Shown: in pieces, positions 54,860 through 63,273 of the stretch | Layout: every line of letters begins with the position of its first letter | Numbering within the stretch: position 1 is the first letter of the stretch | IMG/VR virus record: IMGVR_UViG_3300042308_001511 | Location: 186,001 to 250,000 of that record | Reading direction: 5' to 3' (one strand) | Length of the DNA stretch: 64,000 nucleotides | Notes under the pieces: model-generated | Database searches by the model: none | Seen by the model: only the letters and a program-made list of their open reading frames with translations | What the model was told of the DNA's origin: nothing | Translations under genes and position numbers: made by a program

Positions 54860-55495
54860 ATGGCAGACAGAAAGATTACGAGCTTCAAAAGGTTCTCGGA
54901 CATAAAGAATCCAAAGATTGATGAGGTCGAGTTGAACTCGAGACCGGAGACCGATTCGGATCTTCCTGCGAACCCTAACACACCAGAGACTGCCGATACC
55001 AGTAGTATAGAAAAACCTATTTCTAGGAAAGGTGTACAACCATTCGAACAGGATGTAAATTTACCATCTGGTGATGATAATGAGTTTGATGACAAAATCG
55101 AAGATACAAATGAATCGAAAGTTGAGACAATTGGAAAAATTGCAAAGTTTCCTAAGAACGTAAATGCATCGAAAGCATATAACTTCCTTGAGAATGTAAA
55201 GGTCAGCAAGAAATCAATTTGGTACATTATGGTTGAAAAACAAGATAATGAACTACAGATGGTTAAGTACAATTATAAAGAAGGTGTTGATTTGGGTAAG
55301 TTTGTTAACGAATTGAAAACTTATTACATAAAGAAATATTCTAAAGAGTCTAAAGTATGTGAAATGATAGAATCGATATCTGTTGATGGTAATGATAAAT
55401 ATTCGATGATAAAGAATATACCTTTAGTAACTGTTGATGGTAGAAAAATGATTTCTATAATCACTGAAGATTTGATAAGACTTCTTTCTAAATAA
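54860..55495 (+). CDS. Hypothetical protein
   Basis: 211 aa; disordered acidic N-half starting KITSFKRF; TATATAAAA upstream. Confidence 0.75.
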   Translation: MADRKITSFKRFSDIKNPKIDEVELNSRPETDSDLPANPNTPETADTSSIEKPISRKGVQPFEQDVNLPSGDDNEFDDKIEDTNESKVETIGKIAKFPKNVNASKAYNFLENVKVSKKSIWYIMVEKQDNELQMVKYNYKEGVDLGKFVNELKTYYIKKYSKESKVCEMIESISVDGNDKYSMIKNIPLVTVDGRKMISIITEDLIRLLSK

Positions 55496-55502
55496 ATAAA
55501 AA

Positions 55503-55578
55503 ACCACACCAGAGATAGTATCTCTGGCCTGACCCAGACTAAGAATGGACGCACTCTTATTGTCTGGGTTTCTTTTTT
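55503..55578. ncRNA. Candidate two-hairpin structured RNA or compound terminator
   Basis: CCAGAGAT/ATCTCTGG and ACCCAGAC-TAAGA/TCTTA-GTCTGGGT helices, with an A-run on the left and a T-run on the right. Confidence 0.4.
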
Positions 55579-55632
55579 AAATCTTATCCGAATTCTATTT
55601 TTAATATATACATAAAATAAATTGTAGGAGAT

Positions 55633-55848
55633 ATGGAAAACATTGATAAGTTGGAGTGTTTAATTAAGATACTCACGGAGGAAAACGATATAGATGGAAA
55701 GAAATACCTCCTAAGTGAAGACTTTGAAAAATTCTATATCGGTGGTAACAAAAGAGCAGGAACACGTATACGTAAAATAATGCAACGTATCAGGAGTGCA
55801 GCACAGGATGTCAGAACTGATATTCAAGAATACAAAAAGAACATATAA
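55633..55848 (+). CDS. Hc1-like (histone H1-like) small DNA-binding protein
   Basis: GNKRAGTRIRKIMQ matches the GNKxAGTRxRK motif of Bacteroidota Hc1-like proteins. Confidence 0.7.
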   Translation: MENIDKLECLIKILTEENDIDGKKYLLSEDFEKFYIGGNKRAGTRIRKIMQRIRSAAQDVRTDIQEYKKNI

Positions 55849-55885
55849 AAAAGAGATCATATAATGGTCTAAAAAAAGAAATAAT

Positions 55886-56467
55886 ATGAAAAAGTTCAGC
55901 AATATAACAAATCAAAAAATCGGAAAGGAACCAGATACTAAAGAAGTTAAAATGAATGAAGAGGAATCCTTTCATTTTGCATTGATGGGCTTGATGGACA
56001 AATACTTACACATACAAACGTATGGTCCAATTGATAGATACCTAAGAGCAGGGACTATAAAAATAACAGGTAAGGAGGCACTTGCCGAAGCGCTTTCAGA
56101 ATTGATGTCTAATAAGTCTACTTTTGAGAAGACGATTTTATTAGAAAGTCTTAAATCTAAAGTAGGTGATTGGGAAGCAATCGATGAAACGATAGTGGAA
56201 GTTGAAAATAAATTGACCGCAAATAAGTCAGCCAAAGAGTTTGCAAATCATAAAAAAAGAATTGATGAGTTACTCGAAAAATATGGCCAGGATGAAGAGA
56301 TTTTGATTGAGATGGCTAACAGGTCGGCAGAGAGAATAAAGTCTCACAAAACTGCCAAAATGAGGTCTATTGTGGCTGAACAAATGCACACTGAGCTTGG
56401 TAGTGATTACCTTCTAAGGTTATCGACTATTTACTCGGATAGGGCAAACATTTTGTCCGACAAATAG
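55886..56467 (+). CDS. Hypothetical protein
   Basis: 193-aa helical ORF starting MKKFSNI. Confidence 0.75.
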   Translation: MKKFSNITNQKIGKEPDTKEVKMNEEESFHFALMGLMDKYLHIQTYGPIDRYLRAGTIKITGKEALAEALSELMSNKSTFEKTILLESLKSKVGDWEAIDETIVEVENKLTANKSAKEFANHKKRIDELLEKYGQDEEILIEMANRSAERIKSHKTAKMRSIVAEQMHTELGSDYLLRLSTIYSDRANILSDK

Positions 56468-56478
56468 AAAAATACGAT

Positions 56479-57075
56479 ATGGTTGACTTATTCAAATCGG
56501 TGTTCAACGATGAGATGTTCCTCGACGTTTATTACGTCGATTCTAACCCCGCAATCGTGGAAACATTCGCCGTCAAAAAAATAGACGGTAAAGTAATAAC
56601 AGAGTCTTCTTTGAAGACATACTATCTGAACAATCTTAGTGAAGACCGACAGGATTTCGATTTATTGTGTCGTTTCTTTGTGAAGATGAATTTCCAGTGG
56701 CACCCTACATATGTGAAATATTTCAAAGGAGGTATAATATCTTGGCTTAAGGGACGTAGAAATCCGGAAAGATTAGTTGAGTTTATTTCAGACTATGATT
56801 GGGCAATTGTTTCTAGTGATGTTCTTGCCGAGATTTCAAAACTACCGGGGTATATGATTGAAAGTGATTGTAATGTACAACTTGCACATGTTGGAAATAT
56901 AGTCGGAACCCAGGTTTATTTGATACCGGAACAATTAGAAAAGGCACATGGATATAGTAGGGTAATTTATACCGGAAAACGCAGATCTATTACACCGGTT
57001 ATACACACAGGTGATAGAATGTATGATTTCCAAGTTAATGTTGGTCCAGATATCAAAAAATACATATTGTTATGA
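56479..57075 (+). CDS. Hypothetical protein
   Basis: 198-aa ORF in operon context. Confidence 0.75.
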   Translation: MVDLFKSVFNDEMFLDVYYVDSNPAIVETFAVKKIDGKVITESSLKTYYLNNLSEDRQDFDLLCRFFVKMNFQWHPTYVKYFKGGIISWLKGRRNPERLVEFISDYDWAIVSSDVLAEISKLPGYMIESDCNVQLAHVGNIVGTQVYLIPEQLEKAHGYSRVIYTGKRRSITPVIHTGDRMYDFQVNVGPDIKKYILL

Positions 57076-57317
57076 TATCGTTGAGCGACGAGCAGATGGA
57101 TATTTTTCTGGAGCTTGTCGAAATACACTTAGAGTGCTTCACCAAACACTACCCAGAGTATAACATAACCTACGAAAATGTATTAGAGCTTAACCACACT
57201 AAGATAATAGAGGTTATGGAGGATCTTATAGAGGGTGATGAAGAGTTTATAGATTATATTTTAGAACAACTTATGTTTGAGTACAAACAGATATTAAAAA
57301 GAGAAGGCACCGATTAG
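57072..57317 (+). CDS. Small acidic hypothetical protein
   Basis: 81 aa; ATGA-coupled; followed by the hairpin GAAGGCACC-GATTA-GGTGCCTTTC. Confidence 0.7.
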   Translation: MISLSDEQMDIFLELVEIHLECFTKHYPEYNITYENVLELNHTKIIEVMEDLIEGDEEFIDYILEQLMFEYKQILKREGTD

Positions 57318-57343
57318 GTGCCTTTCTCATTACTTTTTGAGAA

Positions 57344-58093
57344 TTACTTTTTGAGAACTTCTTTTGTGTAATAGTCCTCAAACCCATCCATCAATGATTT
57401 GACATCGTAGGTCTTCTCATTCGTAATCACCTCATCAATGAAACCGAATTCTAATGCTTCATACGCACTCAACCATTTGTCACGACGTGCAGCATCAAGA
57501 ACATATTGAAAATCTCTTCCACTATTCTCAGCAAGCATTTTGAACAAGATGTAGTTGTACTTCTCAGACTCCATTTGAGAGATTCTGTTGTCCGCAACAT
57601 GACCTTGTGCGCCAGAACTAACTTGGTGTATCATAACCCTCGAGAAGTTTAAAGATGAACGTTTACCCTTTGTTCCAGAAGATAAAAGAATAGAACCCAT
57701 AGATGCGGCCAATCCTACATTGATTGTCTCAATATCTGAGTTAACATACCTCATAAGATCGACAATACCTAAACCGTGAAGTACTGATCCACCTGGTGAA
57801 TTAATGTGCATTTTGATATCTTGCTTCGCAATTGAGTCAAGATACATAATTTGTGCTTGTAAAACGTCACACATTTGTTGGTTGACAACACCAGATACCC
57901 AAAGAATTCTATCACGCATCAAACGTGAGAAGATATCCATCTGTGTTACCCTCATTTCTCTCTCCTCTAAAATGTACGGAGTTAGACTTGCTTCCGGAAC
58001 TGAGTTCTCTAAATTCTTCTCGAAGTAGTGCATGTTCAATGAGCTTACGCCTTTGTCTAATGCGTACTTTTTAAAATCCTTACTGTAATCCAT
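57344..58093 (-). CDS. clpP: ATP-dependent Clp protease proteolytic subunit
   Basis: LTPYILEERE, DIFSRLMRDRI, INSPGGSV, GLAASMGS (Ser), MIHQ (His), RDKWLSA. Confidence 0.95.
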   Translation of the reverse strand: MDYSKDFKKYALDKGVSSLNMHYFEKNLENSVPEASLTPYILEEREMRVTQMDIFSRLMRDRILWVSGVVNQQMCDVLQAQIMYLDSIAKQDIKMHINSPGGSVLHGLGIVDLMRYVNSDIETINVGLAASMGSILLSSGTKGKRSSLNFSRVMIHQVSSGAQGHVADNRISQMESEKYNYILFKMLAENSGRDFQYVLDAARRDKWLSAYEALEFGFIDEVITNEKTYDVKSLMDGFEDYYTKEVLKK

Positions 58094-58155
58094 ATTTAGC
58101 TTTGTTTTTGTTTACATTATATAAAAAGATTTTCATTTTCGCCAAAAGTCGAAAA

Positions 58156-58449
58156 TTATTTATCGAATTTGTTTTTCAACCTCAAATATTCGTTGTACTC
58201 TGGATCCTGGCGGAAGAAATACTTTTGCCAAATTGTCGGAACCTCGACCTCCGTTTCAAAATCTATTTCAAGTGGTAAAAAATTTACCGCGTCGGCGTGT
58301 GCTTTGAATCCTAATACGAAAAACTCAAAATTAGTTTCCAACTTCGAAGCTCCACCATCACCGTGTTCACCACCATACGCTGCACTGGTTCTCATTTCAT
58401 TAGCCTTCTGTGTGATTGTCTCAACAATCTGTCTCAAAGTTCTTTTCAT
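58156..58449 (-). CDS. Hypothetical protein
   Basis: 97-aa ORF with a DGGAS motif and a C-terminal EYLRLKNKF. Confidence 0.7.
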   Translation of the reverse strand: MKRTLRQIVETITQKANEMRTSAAYGGEHGDGGASKLETNFEFFVLGFKAHADAVNFLPLEIDFETEVEVPTIWQKYFFRQDPEYNEYLRLKNKFDK

Positions 58450-58453
58450 TTTA

Positions 58454-58948
58454 TTATATGTTAGTGTTGAATATAACCTGACCCTCTTCCAAATTAGACT
58501 TCACCTTTTCTAATAAGTTCTCAATCGCTTTCTGACCAGAAGCAGTCTTTTTGATATCCTCTAACTTAGGTTTTCCTTTGAAACCGATGAAGCTGTAAGA
58601 CATTCCACCAGGAATACCATAAACGATATTTGTAAGACAAAGTTTGTCAATCTTCTTTTGTTCTTTCTCCTGCATTTTCTCATTCAAAAGATCCTCAATC
58701 ACAGACTCAAGGTCGTTTTCGAACTCACCGAAGTCGTAAACTCTCTTAGGTAATGTCTTGCAGTACTTCTCAACCTCAGCCAACTCAGATCTCTTCTCAG
58801 GATACGCACCGATGAAAGTACACCCACCACGTCCGTCGTTCTCTGCATAAGCAACTTTCTTACCGTTCACAAATACATCCGCTTTGAAACAGATTGTTTC
58901 TTCACTGAATGAGTCATTTATCTTTACGTTCTTTAGTTGGATCTTCAT
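58454..58948 (-). CDS. Hypothetical phage protein (probable early gene)
   Basis: SEETICFKAD...AENDGRGG motif; TATATTTGTAGAAACAAAA upstream. Confidence 0.75.
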   Translation of the reverse strand: MKIQLKNVKINDSFSEETICFKADVFVNGKKVAYAENDGRGGCTFIGAYPEKRSELAEVEKYCKTLPKRVYDFGEFENDLESVIEDLLNEKMQEKEQKKIDKLCLTNIVYGIPGGMSYSFIGFKGKPKLEDIKKTASGQKAIENLLEKVKSNLEEGQVIFNTNI

Positions 58949-59114
58949 ATTTCGTTTTTGTTTCTACAAATATAGCCAATCATTCGAGAATTTTACAAAA
59001 AAAGTCGAAAAAAACTACAAAAAAACTATAAACCTAGCAAACTCGTATATAAACACTGCGTATAATACACATACGGTTCGAAAACGAAACCGTAATAAAA
59101 ATAATAATCTAAGG

Positions 59115-59387
59115 ATGAATAAAACTGAATTAGTAGAGGCTATCGCTAACGAAACTGGCTTAACAAAAGCTAAATCTGGCGAGGTGATTGCAACAATCGT
59201 AAACACAATCACTGAAACTCTTAAGAAAGGTGAGAAAGTTTCATTAGTAGGATTTGGTACTTGGTCTACAAGCACACGTGCAGAGAGAAAAGGTAGAAAC
59301 CCAAAGACTGGTGAAGAGATTACTATCGCTGGAAAAACAGTTGCTAAGTTCAAAGCCGGAAACGAGTTGAACAAAAGCGTGAACTAA
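59115..59387 (+). CDS. hup: HU family DNA-binding protein
   Basis: MNKTELVEAIA...GFGTW...RKGRNPKTGE...FKAG; true start ATG 59115. Confidence 0.93.
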   Translation: MNKTELVEAIANETGLTKAKSGEVIATIVNTITETLKKGEKVSLVGFGTWSTSTRAERKGRNPKTGEEITIAGKTVAKFKAGNELNKSVN

Positions 59388-59400
59388 GATAATCTTAGCT

Positions 59401-59430
59401 CAAAAAGAAAAGACCCGAAAGGGTCTTTTT
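59401..59430. terminator. Bidirectional intrinsic terminator
   Basis: AAAAGACCC-GAAA-GGGTCTTTTT between convergent genes. Confidence 0.85.
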
Positions 59431-59435
59431 CTGTT

Positions 59436-60068
59436 TTAAGCATCAACCTCGTCTGATAAGAACTCGGTGTAAAATGGGAAGTCCTCATAGACACAATCTT
59501 TCCAATCAAAACCTTCGAAGTTGTTTATGAAGTACCAAGTTAAGAACGCAGAGATTTCACGCACATCACCTTCTCTGATACCTTCAATCAATCCATCAAG
59601 AGTGTTCGCAGTGAATGAAATGAACCCGTCATATGATGTGTAGTTGTCTTTCAAAAACTTCGCTAGACCATTGTCGTAGAATTCATTCTCAACCTTTCGT
59701 GCTAAATTTTCTGTGAAGTTTTCATCAACAATCAAATCGAAGTAAAGTTCGTCAGTGCTGAAGTTGTAATATTTAGGTGATACTATGTCGTGTACAACTA
59801 CGTCAGTGATACCGAAACCCAGATCCACCAAGAATGGTTTGATCTCGTCAGTGATATAGTCACTTGCTCTTTTTCGTATCTCGGTAACGAACTTAGAGTT
59901 GTCGTATCTGTCCCAGAAACCTTCTGAATCGAAGTCTACGTGTCCTTCTGAGAAGTCCTCGTCAATACAATAAGAATCGATGAAACGGTTTACGTCACAA
60001 GTCTGACCTTCGTAGGTGCCAACCTGAACAATTGGAAAAAGAGATGATGTTAGCTGAAGTGTTTTCAT
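59436..60068 (-). CDS. Hypothetical acidic phage protein (probable early gene)
   Basis: SPKYYNFSTD and YTSYDGFISF motifs; same 19-nt promoter-leader as 58454-58948. Confidence 0.75.
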   Translation of the reverse strand: MKTLQLTSSLFPIVQVGTYEGQTCDVNRFIDSYCIDEDFSEGHVDFDSEGFWDRYDNSKFVTEIRKRASDYITDEIKPFLVDLGFGITDVVVHDIVSPKYYNFSTDELYFDLIVDENFTENLARKVENEFYDNGLAKFLKDNYTSYDGFISFTANTLDGLIEGIREGDVREISAFLTWYFINNFEGFDWKDCVYEDFPFYTEFLSDEVDA

Positions 60069-60114
60069 AATGGGATTTTGTTTCTACAAATATAAACAAA
60101 AATACGAAACGGAA

Positions 60115-60291
60115 CTACTTTTTGTCGTATTTCCAGGGACAATGTCTGCAACCTGATTTACAACAGATTATTCTAACTTGTTTCAAATACTCTTCTGTGA
60201 ATACACGATAACGAATACCTTCTTCTTCTACCCAGTAGAAATCGACTCCTTCGATCAAATCTTTAGTTTTAAACCTTTTATTGGTACACAT
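60115..60291 (-). CDS. DUF5522-like small Cys-rich protein
   Basis: EGVDFY...VFTEEYL...CCKSGCRHCPW; start chosen at ATG 60291. Confidence 0.7.
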   Translation of the reverse strand: MCTNKRFKTKDLIEGVDFYWVEEEGIRYRVFTEEYLKQVRIICCKSGCRHCPWKYDKK

Positions 60292-60301
60292 AGTGTATAT
60301 A

Positions 60302-60907
60302 TTATCTAACATAACCAGCAATTTTACAGGTTTGGTAGAAAAATATTGCAAAGAATATAGCCAGTATGGGTTCTTTTAAAAGTAATACCGCAATAAACCC
60401 GAACACACAAAATGTTAATGATGTTTTATTTGCAATATCTGCAGCTTTCCTACGATCACGCATATTCAACATAAGTAAGTCTCTGAATGCCATCCCACCA
60501 TCCATAGGATAGATTGGAAGTATATTGAAGATGAATAGGAAAATATTGACGGCAATAAAAGTCAACATAAATGAAAAATATGGAACAAGTGGTAATGCAA
60601 TTAGTGCCAATAAAATGTTCGATATAGGTCCTGCTAGACTCACCCAAAGAGAATCTCGTTGATGCATATTCGAGTCGACTGATGCGGCACCTGCGAATAA
60701 GTCTATGTCAATACCATATACATTATAACCTTTACGTCTCGCAACTAAGGCGTGTGCCATCTCATGTACAAGTATTGCCACAAAAATTGAAACAAACATT
60801 TTGATGTCGAAACCCAATATAGGTAACAAAAGAAAAAAAAGTAGGCTCAACCTTACGGGAGCACCAACAAAATTGAAAATTTTGAATTTTGGACCGTCTA
60901 AAATCAT
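60302..60907 (-). CDS. Site-2 protease (M50) intramembrane metalloprotease
   Basis: HEMAH, LAGP-SN, FNILPIYPMDGG and multiple TM helices. Confidence 0.9.
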   Translation of the reverse strand: MILDGPKFKIFNFVGAPVRLSLLFFLLLPILGFDIKMFVSIFVAILVHEMAHALVARRKGYNVYGIDIDLFAGAASVDSNMHQRDSLWVSLAGPISNILLALIALPLVPYFSFMLTFIAVNIFLFIFNILPIYPMDGGMAFRDLLMLNMRDRRKAADIANKTSLTFCVFGFIAVLLLKEPILAIFFAIFFYQTCKIAGYVR

Positions 60908-60959
60908 TTGTATTTTTTTTTACTAAATTAGAAATAAAAAGTAATAATAAAAACTATTA

Positions 60960-61565
60960 TCAATCTTTTGGTGCCAACTTCCTGAATTGTGTCATAACAT
61001 TAGCACGTTCTTCACGGAATCTTTTGTCTAAAGAGTTCCAGTCCCATTCTTTTGATATAAGTTCATCCCATATGTGGTTCGCTAAAGAAAAGTCGGTTAT
61101 TTTACCATTAGTTGCTATGTCACTTCCCATCATTGGGATTCTTATAGAATGGAATATTGATTTTATAGCAGTCCTGTATTCACCATCTGTCAATTTTTTC
61201 TTACACTTAACCCAAGAGTTTGATGAGACGTGTGCGAACGCGTGTCTGAGTCTTGCATTATTTATCTCCAAACTTATTTCATTTTCGTCCATCAGTTTAG
61301 CCCAATCAGGAGAGAAGTGACACTCCAAACACTTTGGTGTGTGCCATTCTAAATCTTTTTTCCACCTTTCTGGTGTGTATATGTGTATATTGAGGTCTGC
61401 ATTTTTAACTTCCCTGGCTTCTATTGATGAATTGGCAACAACAACTACATCCCAATCAGATTCTGTGTCGTTAGTTCCATATACCCTAGAACCGAATAAA
61501 CATACATACTTAGCTCTTTTTGTATGTATTTTTGCCACATCCAATATTTCTTCTAATGTCTTCAT
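60960..61565 (-). CDS. Nucleotidyltransferase domain protein
   Basis: FGSRVYGT...SDWDV (GS..DxD) followed by a helical domain. Confidence 0.8.
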   Translation of the reverse strand: MKTLEEILDVAKIHTKRAKYVCLFGSRVYGTNDTESDWDVVVVANSSIEAREVKNADLNIHIYTPERWKKDLEWHTPKCLECHFSPDWAKLMDENEISLEINNARLRHAFAHVSSNSWVKCKKKLTDGEYRTAIKSIFHSIRIPMMGSDIATNGKITDFSLANHIWDELISKEWDWNSLDKRFREERANVMTQFRKLAPKD

Positions 61566-61626
61566 TTTTGTAAAATTATGGAAAGAATTTGATTTTTATA
61601 TATAGTGGATAAAATTATTATAGTTC

Positions 61627-63273
61627 ATGCCGACGCAAATAATAGACGGGTTCAAGTTAAGTTCTTCAACTCCAATCGATAGTAGGATGGTTGCCTCTGG
61701 TTCCATCGCAAGAAATTCAATACAATACAAATATGAGGGTCTAAAGGTATATGATACTTCGGACAAAATAACTTACGTTTGGGGCGGTACCGATTGGGTA
61801 CAAGATGGTGGTGGATCTGGTGGATCTGGTGCTGGTGGAGGTGGTGTTTATATTGGTGTAGTAAATAGAATTCCAAAGTATTTCGCAGGTGGTTTAACTA
61901 ATAGTGTGATATATGATAGTTCTACATCAAACACAATAAGAGTTGGTATAGGTAAGTCTGCGTTCACTTATGCATTGGAAGTAAATGGGACTATTCAGGG
62001 AAGTACACTTATAGGAAGTTATGATGGAAAGGGACTCATAGAATCTAGTGTTTTGGTTAATAAAATTGAAAAACCTACGGTAGCAGGAACTTATGTTCTA
62101 AAATCTATAGGTAGTAAAAATCAGTGGGTACTTGAGAGTACTAGTGCACTTAGTGTCGGTGTGGCAAATAACACAACATTGAATCCGGGTTATCTTACAT
62201 TTACTTCTGGATCTTCTGCGGGTTCTTCTTTATCCATAAACAATGTTAGTGGTAATAAAGCAATAGCATTAGATGCATCAACCTCTCAGCTTTTGGCTAG
62301 TAGTGATACTACTAATTCTTCGAGTAAACCAGGTTATTCATTCTTAGGTGCTTCTAGTACAGGTCTTTATGCAAGTACTACAGAAGTTGGTATTTCATTG
62401 GGTGGTTCTAAAACTATTTATTCAACATCTACTTCGACTAAAATTAGTGTTGCTGGTTTGGAAGTTGCTAAGTTTGAAGGTACTGCTATATTTCTAAACA
62501 AGGGTACTACCATATCAGGTGGTACTACAACTATAACAGGTGGTCTTTTAGTTGCATCTACTTTTGGATATACTTTCGGAACTCCAGGTACTGGAAAAGT
62601 ATTGACATCTGATTCCACGGGTAACGCACTATGGTCTTCGTTAGGTATGCCTTATGGAACAATAATAATGTGGGCATTTGATGCTGGTTCGATACCACCG
62701 GATTTTAAGATTTGTAATGGTGTTGGATTTATTTTTGTAAATGGTGCGTATAAAGCTATACCTGATCTTAGGGATAGAAACATATCAGCTTCGAGTGATA
62801 ATTCAACGGGTCCATATGGAAGTCTTACACCTACTACACAACAAACCGTTACTCTTTCGAATAGTCATTTACCACAACACTACCACAGTATTGACACTGC
62901 TGTAAAAAATTATGCAGGTGAGAACGGTGGTGCTATAGTAGCTGCTTGGTCCACATTTACAGAGACAACGAATGGTGGTGCAGGACATACACACACTTTA
63001 AATTCAAGAGATGGATGTGCGGATAATTCTAGTTCCAGAAACTTTGGAAGTCATACGGGTGACTGTACTAGGTACACAGGTTATACTAAAATAACCGGAT
63101 CGGTTACAACATCACTCGATGGTTACACTGGTGGTCTGACTAGGTGGCAAGGTGCTGGTAATGTAAACCAACCATTCGCCGTACCATTTCTGAGAGGTTA
63201 TAAACTTATATTTTTGATAAAGTTTAACCCTGATGCAAATGCTAGCCAAAGTGGACATTATAAAGCAACTTAA
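61627..63273 (+). CDS. Tail fibre-like protein with tail-collar domain
   Basis: Gly/Ser/Thr-rich beta body; MPYGTIIMW...IPPDFKICNG...IPDLRDR collar; LPQHYH and GHTH His motifs. Confidence 0.8.
   Translation: MPTQIIDGFKLSSSTPIDSRMVASGSIARNSIQYKYEGLKVYDTSDKITYVWGGTDWVQDGGGSGGSGAGGGGVYIGVVNRIPKYFAGGLTNSVIYDSSTSNTIRVGIGKSAFTYALEVNGTIQGSTLIGSYDGKGLIESSVLVNKIEKPTVAGTYVLKSIGSKNQWVLESTSALSVGVANNTTLNPGYLTFTSGSSAGSSLSINNVSGNKAIALDASTSQLLASSDTTNSSSKPGYSFLGASSTGLYASTTEVGISLGGSKTIYSTSTSTKISVAGLEVAKFEGTAIFLNKGTTISGGTTTITGGLLVASTFGYTFGTPGTGKVLTSDSTGNALWSSLGMPYGTIIMWAFDAGSIPPDFKICNGVGFIFVNGAYKAIPDLRDRNISASSDNSTGPYGSLTPTTQQTVTLSNSHLPQHYHSIDTAVKNYAGENGGAIVAAWSTFTETTNGGAGHTHTLNSRDGCADNSSSRNFGSHTGDCTRYTGYTKITGSVTTSLDGYTGGLTRWQGAGNVNQPFAVPFLRGYKLIFLIKFNPDANASQSGHYKAT

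Noticed and set aside
55503-55578. SRP RNA or hammerhead ribozyme
   Set aside because: The SRP domain IV core (CAGG...GGAA...GCAG) and the hammerhead core (CUGAnGA plus GAAA on one strand) are both absent.
58884-59114. N-terminal extension of HU given by the ORF track
   Set aside because: It overlaps a divergent gene and promoter region; HU homology starts at ATG 59115.
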